Assembly: GCA_965198005.1 (NCBI GenBank)
Contig: CBDAOI010000001.1
Coordinates: 128,001 to 192,000, forward strand
Length of the DNA stretch: 64,000 nt
Direction: 5' to 3'
From: Spirochaetia bacterium
GTDB taxonomy: Bacteria; Spirochaetota; Spirochaetia; SZUA-6; Bin103
Numbering within the stretch: position 1 is the first letter of the stretch; every line of letters starts with the position of its first letter. Positions 19,287 to 29,506 of this stretch are shown one piece after another. Both the position numbers and the translations under genes were made by a program. The notes under the pieces are model-generated. The model was given only the letters and a program-made list of their open reading frames with translations. It made no database searches and was not told the origin of the DNA.

Positions 19287-20474
19287 ATGCGCACCAACCT
19301 GAAACGATGGCTCCTGATTGCGGCCGGCGTGGCCGCATTGACCGTGCTGGCAGTGACCGCCGCGACCACGCCCAACGCCGCGCCGGCCACCGTCGCCGCC
19401 GCGCCCGACCTGCTGCCGGAACAGCCGGCGCCGCCCGGCGCGCAGCGGCAGTTCAGCACCGACTTCAGCCGCCACACCGTGTCGTACGGCGAAATCCTCT
19501 CCGGCGGGCCGCCCAAGGATGGCATTCCGGCGATCGACGTGCCCCGGTTCACCACCGTGGCGGAGGCCGACGAGTGGCTGGGCGAACAGGAGCCGGTGGT
19601 GCTGGTGGAGGTTGCCGGCGCCGCCAAGGCGTATCCGCTGCAGATCCTCACCTGGCACGAGATCGTGAACGACGAGGTGGGCGGGGTGCCGATCTCGGTC
19701 ACGTTCTGTCCGCTGTGCAACACCGCGATCGCGTTTCTGCGCGAGTTCGACGGTCAGGTGCTCGACTTCGGCACCACCGGCCGGCTGCGCTACAGCAACC
19801 TGATCATGTACGACCGCCAGACCGAGACCTGGTGGCAGCAGGCCACCGGCGAAGGGATCGCCGGCACGTACGCCGGCAGCCAACTGGCGTTCTACCCGGC
19901 CACGATCATCGCCTGGAGCGCCTTCCGGGATACCTACCCCGAGGCGCCGGTGTTGTCACAAGACACCGGCTTCGGGCGCGCGTATGGGCGCAACCCCTAC
20001 GTAGGGTACGACAACGTGAACAGCTCGCCGTTCCTCTACCGCGGCCCGCGCACGCCCGGCGAGCTGCCGCCGATGGCGCGGGTACTGACCGTCGATCTGC
20101 AGGGCGAGACCGTCGCCTACGCGTACGACCTACTGCAGGAGAGCCACGTGGTGAACGACACGGTCGCCACCCATCCGCTGGCCATATTCTGGCAGCCGGG
20201 CACCGCCTCCGCCCTCGACTCGCCGAGCATCGCCCAGGGGCGGGACGTGGGCACCGGCGCCGCCTTCAGCCGCGTAGTCGACGGGCAGACCCTGGAGTTC
20301 GAGTGGCGCGAGGACGCCGTGCGCGACCGCCAGACCGACAGCGTCTGGAACCTGCTCGGCGTGGCCACCGCCGGTCCGCTGGCCGGTACCCAGCTCGCCC
20401 CGGTGGTGAGCATCAACCACTTCTGGTTTTCATGGGCGGCGTTCCGGCCGGAGACGCGCATCTTCACCGGTTGA
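19287..20474 (+). CDS. Secreted DUF3179-domain protein
   Basis: Signal peptide; GGPPKDGIPAID, WHEIVND, TFCPLC, SNLIMYDRQT and FWFSWAAF motifs. Confidence 0.88.
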   Translation: MRTNLKRWLLIAAGVAALTVLAVTAATTPNAAPATVAAAPDLLPEQPAPPGAQRQFSTDFSRHTVSYGEILSGGPPKDGIPAIDVPRFTTVAEADEWLGEQEPVVLVEVAGAAKAYPLQILTWHEIVNDEVGGVPISVTFCPLCNTAIAFLREFDGQVLDFGTTGRLRYSNLIMYDRQTETWWQQATGEGIAGTYAGSQLAFYPATIIAWSAFRDTYPEAPVLSQDTGFGRAYGRNPYVGYDNVNSSPFLYRGPRTPGELPPMARVLTVDLQGETVAYAYDLLQESHVVNDTVATHPLAIFWQPGTASALDSPSIAQGRDVGTGAAFSRVVDGQTLEFEWREDAVRDRQTDSVWNLLGVATAGPLAGTQLAPVVSINHFWFSWAAFRPETRIFTG

Positions 20475-21269
20475 ACCGCGCGCCGCCGGCCGGGTCAGGA
20501 TCCGGAACGCCTCGTCCACGTCGTCCACCACGTGGAACAGTTCCAGATCCTGCTCACTGATGGTACCCCACTCGATGAACTTGTCGAACTTGACCACTTC
20601 CTCCCAGAACTCGCGGCCGTAGACGATCACCGTCACCGGCCGCTGCACTTTCTGGGTCTGCAGCAGAGTCAACACCTCGAACAGCTCGTCCATGGTGCCG
20701 AGACCGCCGGGGAACACCACCAGCGCCCGTGCCAGGTACATGAACCAGAACTTGCGCATGAAGAAGTAGTGGAACTCGACCGCCAGGCCGGGCGTGACGT
20801 AGCGGTTGGCGGCCGCCTCGGACGGCAGGCTGATGGTCAGGCCGATGCTGTTGCCGCCGGCTTCCGTGGCGCCGCGATTGGCCGCCTCCATCATGCCGGG
20901 GCCGCCGCCGGAACAGATGACCAGCTCGCCCTGGGCATGGTGCTCCTGCGACCAGGCGGTGATCCTGCGCGCCAGCGCCCGCGCGTCCTCGTAGTACTCG
21001 GCCAAGCGGAGCTGGCGCTGCGCCCGCCGCACCTCGGCGGCCGACGCGGCGGGGTTGCGGCCCGCGGCCGTGGCTTCGAACCGCTTCCGGGCCTCATCCG
21101 GCGGCAGGGCGCGGGCGGCGCCGAAGAACACGATGGCGCTGGTGATGCCGCGCCGCCGCAGGCGCGCCTGCGGCTCCAGGTACTCGGCGAGGATGCGCAG
21201 CGTGCGGGCGTCGCGACTGCGCAAGAAGGACAGATTCTCGTATGCCTTGCGATCCGAAGGCCTGGCCAT
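20430..21269 (-). CDS. LOG-family (Rossmann-fold, TIGR00730-like) nucleotide phosphoribohydrolase
   Basis: SGGGPGMMEAANRGA, FHYFFMRK and PGGLGTMDE motifs. Confidence 0.9.
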   Translation of the reverse strand: MARPSDRKAYENLSFLRSRDARTLRILAEYLEPQARLRRRGITSAIVFFGAARALPPDEARKRFEATAAGRNPAASAAEVRRAQRQLRLAEYYEDARALARRITAWSQEHHAQGELVICSGGGPGMMEAANRGATEAGGNSIGLTISLPSEAAANRYVTPGLAVEFHYFFMRKFWFMYLARALVVFPGGLGTMDELFEVLTLLQTQKVQRPVTVIVYGREFWEEVVKFDKFIEWGTISEQDLELFHVVDDVDEAFRILTRPAARGSTGEDARLRPERRP

Positions 21270-21870
21270 GGTCACTCCCCATCCACCGGCGGCGTTGGCC
21301 CGCGCCTGCTTCAGGGGTGGGTGCAGTCGGAGCCGCTCCAATAGTGGCAGTCGTCATGGTAGCAGATCGGCCGCCGCACGACCGGACATAGGCGTTCGCG
21401 GCGTTCGCGGGCCGTGCTCGGCCGGCCTCCGCCGTGCGCCGAGGCTGCCGGCCGGGGGCGGCGCGGGCGCGGCGCCGCGGCCGCGCGGGGTGTGCGGCGT
21501 GCGCCGGCAGATGCGCGTTCGGCGGCGCGGGCCGCGGCCGCGGGGGCCGGCGGCCGGAGTCCCGCGGGCGCGCGGTCAGACTCGGGCCGAGTCGCCGGCG
21601 GTGGCGGTCCGGGTGCCGGTGCCGGCGGTGGCCGCGGCTCGGCCTGATGGATGCGGCCGGCGCGCGTGAGCAACCCCATACCTACCTTGTCGGCCGAATC
21701 GTGAGCGCGGGCGAGGCGGGCACGACAGCCCCCCTGAAGTCCTGCCACAATTCGCCGTCCCCGCCGGCCGTTGTCGCCGGCGGGGACGGCTTGCGTTCCC
21801 AAGCCAGGGTCGCCGCGGCCGTCCCGCGGCATGCTACAGTGGTCGTGTTGACCGCGGAGTACGGGATCGG

Positions 21871-22380
21871 ATGAGGCTGGACAGCATTGAGCGCATTGCG
21901 CGCGCGTTGAACGACAGTGAGGTGCGCTTCATCGTGGTGGGCGGCCTGGCGGTAGTTGCCCACGGCTACGGCCGCCAGACGCAGGACCTCGATCTGGTCA
22001 TTCAGCTTGAGCCCGGCTCCATCCACCGTGCGTTCGAGGCGTTGGCCAAGCTGGGGTATCGGCCGCGCGTCCCGGTGACGGCGGACGCGTTTGCCGACCC
22101 GCGGCGGCGCGCGCAACTGATTGCCGACAAGGGCATGATGGTCCTTGGCTTCCACAGCGACCGGCACCGCGAGACGCCGGTCGACCTGTTCGCCGCGGAA
22201 CCGTTCGACTTCGCTGCCGAGTACGCGGCGGCGCTGGTTGAGGAAGTGGCGCCGGGAGTGCCGGTACGGATCGTCCGGCTGGAAGTCCTGCTCCGGCTGA
22301 AGCGCCGGGCGGGCAGGCCCCAAGACCTGGCGGATATCGCGGAACTGACTCAGCTCGATCGGGGGGAAGGGAATGAGTGA
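21871..22380 (+). CDS. Nucleotidyltransferase-family protein (DUF6036-like)
   Basis: VVGGLAVVAHG..RQTQDLDL and LK..AGRPQD.AD motifs. Confidence 0.8.
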   Translation: MRLDSIERIARALNDSEVRFIVVGGLAVVAHGYGRQTQDLDLVIQLEPGSIHRAFEALAKLGYRPRVPVTADAFADPRRRAQLIADKGMMVLGFHSDRHRETPVDLFAAEPFDFAAEYAAALVEEVAPGVPVRIVRLEVLLRLKRRAGRPQDLADIAELTQLDRGEGNE

Positions 22381-22564
22381 GGAGATCGATTGGCGGGTGG
22401 TCACGTTCGCCGGCAACCGCCGCCGCCAACGGGAGGAGTTCCACGCGCTCCCGTTGCGCGAGAAGCTGATCGCGATTGAGCAGCTCTCGATGGTTACGGA
22501 GTACTTCCTGGCCCGCCGGGCAGCGCGGACCTTGCGCCTGCGCGCGCCGCCCCTAACGAACTAA
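22373..22564 (+). CDS. Small hypothetical protein coupled to the NTase
   Basis: 63 aa, overlapping start with an upstream RBS-like [40 protein letters not shown]... Confidence 0.6.
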   Translation: MSEEIDWRVVTFAGNRRRQREEFHALPLREKLIAIEQLSMVTEYFLARRAARTLRLRAPPLTN

Positions 22565-23442
22565 CCAAGAGCATTAAGATTGAGCACGCGGCGCATGGTC
22601 GCGCCGATGTGCGCGGGCGATTCCACCACCTCGGCTCCGGCCGCCCGCAGCGCTTCCTGCTTGGCGGCGGCGGTGCCGGCGGAACCGGCGATGATTGCCC
22701 CGGCGTGGCCCATGCGCCGGCCGGGCGGCGCGGTGGCGCCGGCGATGAAGGCCACCACGGGTTTGCTCATCGTGCGCATGAACGCGGCCGCCTCCTGCTC
22801 CGCGCTGCCGCCGATCTCGCCGATCAGCACCACCGCGCGGGTATCCGGATCGGCCTCGAACAGCTCCAGCGCCGCGCGCTGCGAGGTACCGATCACCGGG
22901 TCTCCGCCTACCCCGACGCTGCCGGACTGGCCGAGCCCGAGGCGCGAGAGCTGGTCCACCGTCTCGTAGACCAGGGTGCCCGAACGGGAAATCACGCCCA
23001 CGTCACCGGGACGGTAGACGTCGACCGGCATGATGCCGGCGCGCATGCGGACGCCGGGCACGATCACGCCGGGACAGTTGGGGCCGACCAGACGCGTCCC
23101 CGACCCTTGCAGCGCACGCTTGACGCGCACCATGTCCAGCACCGGAATGAACTCCGTAATGCAGATCACCACCGGGATACCGGCCGCGGCCGCCTCCAGA
23201 ATCGCGTCGGCCGCGTGCGCCGCCGGCACGAAGATCACCGAAACGTTCGCGCCCTCCCGTTCGACCGCTTCGCGCACCGTGTCGTACACCGGGGTATCCT
23301 CCAGCCGCTGGCCGCCCCGCCCCGGCGTCACCCCGGCCACCACCGGCGTGCCGTAGGCGCGGCTGATGCGCGCCTGCATCTGACCGGCGCGGCCGAACCC
23401 CTGGATCACCAGCCGGCTCGCCTCGTTCAGCAGTACCGCCAT
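22561..23442 (-). CDS. sucD: Succinyl-CoA synthetase alpha subunit
   Basis: GPNCPG, SRSGTL.YE, GEIGG and RMGHAGA motifs. Confidence 0.96.
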   Translation of the reverse strand: MAVLLNEASRLVIQGFGRAGQMQARISRAYGTPVVAGVTPGRGGQRLEDTPVYDTVREAVEREGANVSVIFVPAAHAADAILEAAAAGIPVVICITEFIPVLDMVRVKRALQGSGTRLVGPNCPGVIVPGVRMRAGIMPVDVYRPGDVGVISRSGTLVYETVDQLSRLGLGQSGSVGVGGDPVIGTSQRAALELFEADPDTRAVVLIGEIGGSAEQEAAAFMRTMSKPVVAFIAGATAPPGRRMGHAGAIIAGSAGTAAAKQEALRAAGAEVVESPAHIGATMRRVLNLNALG

Positions 23443-23446
23443 CGGA

Positions 23447-24616
23447 TTATCCCGCCGGGGCGCCGGCCGCCACCGCCGCCCGCGCCGCCTCGCCGAACTC
23501 GTCGGCGCGGATCAGGTCGATGCCCGCCTCGTCGAGGATGCGCAGTCCCTGCGTGACGTTGGTTCCCGCCAGCCGGACCACGGTCGGCTGCGGCAGCCAG
23601 CCGCCGTGCTTGGCCTCCACGATGCCGTCCGCGATGACGTCGGTCCGCGCCAGGCCGCCGAAGATGTTGATCAGGACCGCGCGCGCATCCGGATCGGCGC
23701 CGATGATCCGTAGCGCGGCGACCACCGTCTCCTGGCGGTTGGCGGTGCCGATGTCGAGAAAGTTGGCCGGCGCGCCGCCCGCGAACTTGATCGCGTCCAT
23801 GGTGGCCATCGCCAGGCCCGCGCCGTTCACCAGGCACCCGATGGTGCCGTCGAGCTTGACGTAGTTGTCGATGCCGGCATCGTGGGCGCGGCGTTCACGC
23901 TCCGCCTCCTGCTCGCGGTCGCGCAACTTCGCCAGTTGCGGCTGGCGAAACAGCGCGTTGTCGTCGATCGTCAGCTTCGCGTCGCCGGCCAGCAGGCGGC
24001 CGTCCGCGGCTACCGCCAGCGGGTTGATCTCGGCCAGGCTGCCGTCAGCGTCCAGGAACGCCGCCACCAGCGCGCGGATCAACGCCGTCGCCGGCGCCAG
24101 CAGGTCGCCGTCCAGGCCGGTCTCGAAGGCCAGCGCCCGCGCCTGATACGGCTGGAAGCCGCAGGCCGGATCCACGTGCTGGCGCCGAATCGCCTCGGGA
24201 CGGGCCGCGGCCACCTCCTCGATCTCCACGCCGCCCGCGGCCGACGCGATCACCAGCGGCATCCCCCGCGAGTTGTCGATCGCCACGCTCAGATACAGCT
24301 CGCGCTGAATCGCGATCCGCTCCTCCACCAGCACCGCGCTCACCGGCAGACCGGCGCTGCCCGTCTGGCGCGTCACGAGCCGCATGCCGAGCATGCGCTG
24401 CGCCGCCCTGCCCGCCTCGGCCGCAGTCGCCGCGAGCTGGATGCCGCCCGCCTTGCCGCGCGCTCCGGTGTGCGCCTGCGCCTTGACCACGCAGGCGCCG
24501 CCCAGCTCGCGCGCCGCCGCTTCCGCCGCCGCCGCGGTGCGCGCCACCTTGCCGCGCGGCACCGCCACGCCGTACCGCGCCAGCAGCTCCTTGGCTTGGT
24601 ATTCGTGCAGCTTCAC
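23447..24616 (-). CDS. sucC: Succinyl-CoA synthetase beta subunit
   Basis: [32 protein letters not shown] and NIFGG motifs. Confidence 0.96.
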   Translation of the reverse strand: MKLHEYQAKELLARYGVAVPRGKVARTAAAAEAAARELGGACVVKAQAHTGARGKAGGIQLAATAAEAGRAAQRMLGMRLVTRQTGSAGLPVSAVLVEERIAIQRELYLSVAIDNSRGMPLVIASAAGGVEIEEVAAARPEAIRRQHVDPACGFQPYQARALAFETGLDGDLLAPATALIRALVAAFLDADGSLAEINPLAVAADGRLLAGDAKLTIDDNALFRQPQLAKLRDREQEAERERRAHDAGIDNYVKLDGTIGCLVNGAGLAMATMDAIKFAGGAPANFLDIGTANRQETVVAALRIIGADPDARAVLINIFGGLARTDVIADGIVEAKHGGWLPQPTVVRLAGTNVTQGLRILDEAGIDLIRADEFGEAARAAVAAGAPAG

Positions 24617-24749
24617 CGCCTGCTCCCGCCGCTCCCGCTTCGTGTCGCCGGTTGCTTCATTGCCTGCTATCCAACCCGCCGGCCGCCATACTGTCAACGG
24701 CTTGGTGAATTCCAGGCTTTTTGAGACACTTCCGCAACGAGGACATCCC

Positions 24750-25674
24750 GTGCGGCAAAACGACTCCCACCGGACCGCCGGCGTGCGCTACGAACCGAAC
24801 GAACGGCCCCCGATGCTGCTCACGTTCGGTCTCGGCCTGCAGTTCACGGTGCTCTGCATCGCCGGCGTGGTGCTGACGCCGGCGATCGTGATCCGCGCCG
24901 GCGGCGGCGGCGAAAACTACGTGTCCTGGGCGGTGTTCGCCGCGGTCGCAGTGTGCGGCGTGTCCACCGTGCTGCAGGCGGTGCGGGTCGGACGCGTCGG
25001 CGCCGGTTACGTACTCCTGATGGGCACCTCCGGGGCGTTCATCGGGGTCAGCGTCGCGGCCCTGGCCCAGGGTGGCCCGGCGCTGCTCGCCACCCTGGTG
25101 GTGATCTCGTCGTTGTTCCAGTTCACGCTGGCGGCACGGCTTTCCCTGCTGCGCCGGGTGCTGACGCCGACCGTGGCCGGAACCGTGATCATGCTGATCG
25201 CGGTCACGGTGATGCCGATCATCTTCGACATGCTGGCGCAGGTGCCGGACGACGCGCCACCGTTGGCCGCGCCGGTAAGCGCCCTGGCGACCGTGGTGGT
25301 GATCACCGGCTTGGCGATGAAGGCCACCGGGCCGTTGCGCCTCTGGGCGCCGGTCATCGGCGGCGGGCGAAGAGACGCTGGCGTCGCTGGTCGGACCGGA
25401 CGGTGGCGGCGGCGAGGCCGGCCGCCGGCGCCTGCTCCTGGTCGCCCGCAAGGAAGACGGCGCGGCAGTGCTCGAATTCATCGCCTCCACCGGCGAGGAC
25501 AACCTCCAGGATCGGCTGGCATTGCTCGACGCCCACTCCCCCGAGGTCCCGGAAGAGCGAGAAATCTCGTTGCGCCTCCTGCGCCACCTCGCTTCGTCGG
25601 TCCGCCACGAGCAATACCACGACACGGAAATCGTGACCGTGCGCGTGGAAGCCCCGCGCCCCGCGCATACGTAG
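24750..25674 (+). pseudogene. NCS2 (xanthine/uracil) permease with a large internal deletion; N-terminal TMs joined out of frame to a soluble C-terminal domain
   Basis: GLGLQ..., STVLQAVRVG.VGAGY..LMGTS and TPTVAGTVIMLI motifs; break near 25360, then AAGEETLASL...VLEFIAST...RHEQYHDTEIVTVRVE*. Confidence 0.75.
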
Positions 25675-25712
25675 CCGCGTGACGAGTCTCTTCCCCCGAG
25701 ACGAACGTCAGT

Positions 25713-27722
25713 CTACGCGCCTCCGGCGCCACGTCGCCTCGCCGGTCCGCCACGCAGCGCCTGCATGCTCCGCAACTCCGTCGCAAATCTCGGTTCGTAC
25801 GGGAGCAACTCAATCGCCTTGCGATAGGCAGCTTCGACCTCGCCGAGGGGCGCCCGCAACCAGTTCAGCGTTCGGGCAAGATCCCGCCACGCCCAGGCAT
25901 GTCGGGCCGGGGCAGCCTCAAGTTGGATCGCGCCTTCCAAGAGTGGCCGGGCTTCCGTCAGAAACCTCCGGTTGAGGTCGCGCCGGCGCTGGCGGTATGC
26001 CTCGTTCGCCAAATATAGTTTGGACTGTGCGAACTCGTGTAGTGCGCGAGAGTCGGTGTAGAGCGCGTCCCCGGCACGCTCGAAGTACTGATGCGCAACT
26101 CTGGAATCCCGAGCACGTCGTGCCAAAATGGCGGCGTCTATCGCGTCCTGGCCCACCACCACCGGGCGGCTGCCGGTCAGCAGGCTCCGCGCCCTGCCGA
26201 CTCTTCCCGCCTGCACGAACGCTTCGATCAGCCGATTCTCGACGTGCGCCACCGCATGCTCCGGTCCCTGCGCCTTGAAAACCTCCAGGATTTCCTCGGC
26301 ACGATCCAGCTCACCACTCTCGGCGTAGGTGTTGATCATCTCGGCGGCGAGGATGGCTGAATTCTTGTTGGACTCCCACGCTGACGCGACGCGGCTGCGG
26401 GACTGAGCGTGCTCTCCCAAAGCCTTCAGGTGAGCCGCATCGCGCAACGCGGACAGGGCGCCATACTCCGGATGCGCCGGCAAAGTTGCCTGAAAGTACG
26501 TTCGATGCTCGTCGAACTCGAACCGGGGCACCGGCGATCCGTTGGCCGCCATCGCCTGAAACACCTTGGGCAATCCGGAGAGCCGTCCCTCCGCCAGCCG
26601 CAGTTCTTTTAGAAACTCACCGATTCGCCGGTTGCGGGCGGGAGCGGCCCGCGCCTCGACGTTCCGGAGCAGATGGCCCGGCTCGATTCCCGGGACCGGT
26701 CCGGGATAGCTGATCACCTCGATGCGGCTCGGATAGAGATAAACCTTGGTAGGTTCCGGCTGATCTACGTCGTAGCCGCGATGATACACCGCGTTCACCA
26801 GAGTCTCACGCAGCGCCTGCAGAGGATAGCTGACCCACCCGCGTACCTGGCTCCGGTCCGGTTGCTTCTGCAGGTGGAACGCGGAGAGGTTTTCCAGGTA
26901 GTTCAGACAATCGCGCAGCTGGTCCACGAGGCCGCCGCTGAAGGTGCGTTCCTCCTGCACGTCTCCAGCCCGATCGGCGGCGAACTGCACGACTTCGATC
27001 TTTGCTCCTCGAAACCACTCGGTGGGATCCCGCGAAAAGAACAACAGCGCGGTATTCCGCGGAACCTCATGATCGTTCACCTTCATGGTCAGCCGCATGC
27101 GCCGGTAGACGTCGCGCTCATTCGATTCGTCGAGAAGCCCACTGCGTACGTCTCGCAGATACTCACGAACCTTCACCTCGCGCAGATCCTCGACCTTGGC
27201 ATGATTGGCGCGCCGGTCGTCCCATGGCACGCGTGCCGTCTGCTGAATGAGCCCACGCAGCAGATCGGGCCGTTTCTCGGCGTTGACCGTCTCGGCACCA
27301 AGGCGAACCCAGTAACGGAGCGATCCATCGCGGTCCGGTGCGCGATGGGCTCTCGTGTCGCTGGCCGGAGCCCATACCACCAGAATCAATCGATCTCCTG
27401 CTAAGCTCTCCGGTGACAGGACCGGGAAATAGGGAGGGTCAAGCGCACCGCACCTGCCGCGTATCCACTTCTGTGCCGCGTCCAAATCCTCCCCGGACAA
27501 GCCCGCCGCAGGCAGCTCGGCGCGACCTTCCCGCTCGCCAACGCCAATCACCACGTAACCGCCGTTCAGGTTGTGGTAGTCGTTTGCGAACGCACAGATC
27601 GTGCGGAGTACTTGGGGGCCAGTGTTGTGTGGGCTCCATGATGCCTTGAACTCCACCCGTTCCGACTCTACGCCGCGACAATACAGGAGGTCTTCGAGAT
27701 TTATCGTTAAGATAGTGCTCAC
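25713..27722 (-). CDS. AlbA_2/Schlafen-like domain + HATPase_c_4-like domain + C-terminal TPR-like helical region
   Basis: ESERVEFK, TICAFAND..GGYVVIGV, LRETLVNAVYHRGY and RNRRIGEFL..L...E...SGL motifs; AYRKAIEL.P at the C-terminus; GC visibly lower than backbone. Confidence 0.8.
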   Translation of the reverse strand: MSTILTINLEDLLYCRGVESERVEFKASWSPHNTGPQVLRTICAFANDYHNLNGGYVVIGVGEREGRAELPAAGLSGEDLDAAQKWIRGRCGALDPPYFPVLSPESLAGDRLILVVWAPASDTRAHRAPDRDGSLRYWVRLGAETVNAEKRPDLLRGLIQQTARVPWDDRRANHAKVEDLREVKVREYLRDVRSGLLDESNERDVYRRMRLTMKVNDHEVPRNTALLFFSRDPTEWFRGAKIEVVQFAADRAGDVQEERTFSGGLVDQLRDCLNYLENLSAFHLQKQPDRSQVRGWVSYPLQALRETLVNAVYHRGYDVDQPEPTKVYLYPSRIEVISYPGPVPGIEPGHLLRNVEARAAPARNRRIGEFLKELRLAEGRLSGLPKVFQAMAANGSPVPRFEFDEHRTYFQATLPAHPEYGALSALRDAAHLKALGEHAQSRSRVASAWESNKNSAILAAEMINTYAESGELDRAEEILEVFKAQGPEHAVAHVENRLIEAFVQAGRVGRARSLLTGSRPVVVGQDAIDAAILARRARDSRVAHQYFERAGDALYTDSRALHEFAQSKLYLANEAYRQRRRDLNRRFLTEARPLLEGAIQLEAAPARHAWAWRDLARTLNWLRAPLGEVEAAYRKAIELLPYEPRFATELRSMQALRGGPARRRGAGGA

Positions 27723-27904
27723 AGATTGGGACGATCAGGAGTCTTCTACCATACAACGTGAACAACACGTGAACAACACGTGGTCACGCCTGACGATGCC
27801 CGACGCGCGACTTGGCGTGGCCGCCCGGGCGGCGCCTGACGCACGGCCTGCGGTCGCCCGCCACGCCCGTCCGCGGCGGGCGGCCCGCGACCGCGTGCTC
27901 GTCC

Positions 27905-29425
27905 TCAGAGGGTGAAGCTGACGGTCTCGCGCGCGCCGTTGCGGATGATCCGGAACCGGTACTCGCCGGCGCGCCGCTCACCGAGCGCGCGGTAGAAGTC
28001 GGCGGCATCGCGCATGGCGGTGCCGTTGATATGCGTCACTACGTCGCCGCGGCGCAAGCCGGCGCGCCCCGGCGCGCTCGAATCGCGCACACCCGCCACC
28101 ACCAGGCCGCGTACGTTGCCGGGCACGTTGAATTGGGCCCGCGTCCGGTCGGTGAGATGGAGCGGGAACGCGCCGGGCCAGTCACGTACGTCGCGGTCGC
28201 GGCGGTCGTCGTCCCGGAGCGCGACGCGCACCGCCACCTCCAGCGGCCGCCCGTCGCGCCGCAGGCCGAACACGCTGTCGCGTCCCGGCTCCAGGGCCCC
28301 GACCGCCCTGATCAACTCGTTGCTGTCCGCGACCTCCCGGCCATCGACGTGCGTCACCCAATCACCCGGCCGCAGGTCCCCGCGCGCCGCCGGTGAATCG
28401 AGCATCACGCTCCACACCAGGGCGCCATCGATGCCGGTAACGTCGAGCGCCGCCCGCATCTCGTCACTCGCCGAGTCCACGTACACGCCGAGGAAGCCGT
28501 AGCGCACTTCACCCGACCGGATGAGCTGGTCGATGGCCGACTTGGCTACGTTGATCGGGAGCGCGAACCCGACCCCGACGTTGCCGCCGCTGCGGGAAGC
28601 GATCCAGGTGTTGATGCCGACTACCTCGCCGGCCAGATTGACCAGGGCGCCCCCCGAATTGCCGGGGTTGATGGCCGCGTCGGTCTGGATGTACTCCGCG
28701 ATATTGCGCGGGAAGCTGCCCGACTCGCGCCCCAGGGCGCTGACGATGCCCGACGTCACGGTCGACTGGAAGCCGAACGGGCTGCCCACCGCCAGCACCA
28801 GATCGCCCACCACGAGGCTGCTGGAATCGCCCAGCGTGGCCACCGGGATCTCCGCGGGCCCGTCGAACGAGAGCAGCGCGATGTCCTGGCGCAGGTCACG
28901 CCCCACCAGCTCGGCGGCAAAGTCACGGCCGTCGTCGAGGGTCACCTGGATCGATTCGGTGTTGGCGATTACGTGGCTGTTGGTAAGCACGTAGTAGCGC
29001 TTGCCGTCGCGCCGCACGATCACCCCGGAGCCGGTGCCGCCCGGCTGTCCGAACTCCGGGGACGGGACGGACCGTGGGCTCAGCCCGAACCGGCCGCGGC
29101 TACCCGGCGTAACGGTGGTGTCGATCTTGACCACCACCGGCAGCGCCGCGGCGGCGACTTGGCGGAACGACGCCTGCATTGCCTGGAGCAGCGCCATGCC
29201 CGACGGGCCGTTCGCCGCCGGGTCCGCAACCAGCGCTACGCCGGCGGACGACCCCGCCGGCACGACACCGGGGGATTCCTTGCCCCGGTTGGAATCGAAG
29301 ATGCCGGCGGCGCCGGCCCCGACCCCGACCAGCAGGCACACGCCGGAGACGAGCGCGCGGATGCGGTTGCCGTACCTGACGCCGCGCGCCGGATCCCGTA
29401 TCACGAGGTGACCGTACTGACTCAT
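27905..29425 (-). CDS. htrA: Do/DegP/HtrA serine protease with two PDZ domains (start uncertain)
   Basis: GSGVIV, LTNSHV, DIALL and QTDAAINPGNSGG motifs. Confidence 0.93.
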   Translation of the reverse strand: MSQYGHLVIRDPARGVRYGNRIRALVSGVCLLVGVGAGAAGIFDSNRGKESPGVVPAGSSAGVALVADPAANGPSGMALLQAMQASFRQVAAAALPVVVKIDTTVTPGSRGRFGLSPRSVPSPEFGQPGGTGSGVIVRRDGKRYYVLTNSHVIANTESIQVTLDDGRDFAAELVGRDLRQDIALLSFDGPAEIPVATLGDSSSLVVGDLVLAVGSPFGFQSTVTSGIVSALGRESGSFPRNIAEYIQTDAAINPGNSGGALVNLAGEVVGINTWIASRSGGNVGVGFALPINVAKSAIDQLIRSGEVRYGFLGVYVDSASDEMRAALDVTGIDGALVWSVMLDSPAARGDLRPGDWVTHVDGREVADSNELIRAVGALEPGRDSVFGLRRDGRPLEVAVRVALRDDDRRDRDVRDWPGAFPLHLTDRTRAQFNVPGNVRGLVVAGVRDSSAPGRAGLRRGDVVTHINGTAMRDAADFYRALGERRAGEYRFRIIRNGARETVSFTL

Positions 29426-29506
29426 GTATCCAAGGTACCGCATTCGGCGAACGTCGCGGGCACCTGTGATCAGCTTCGCATCAACTTCGCCGGGTTCGCC
29501 CTCACT

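Noticed and set aside
19287..20474. Selenoprotein form of DUF3179
   Set aside because: No in-frame TGA; the motif is CPLC.
21311..21850. Small ORFs such as MGLLTRAGRIHQAEP... in the very GC-rich gap
   Set aside because: Low complexity with no recognisable domain; could be remnants but cannot be supported.
22550..22590. attC-like start (CTAAC..AAG..CATTAAG) after the NTase pair
   Set aside because: Does not fit RYYYAAC exactly, has no matching GTTRRRY arm, and overlaps the sucD 3' end.
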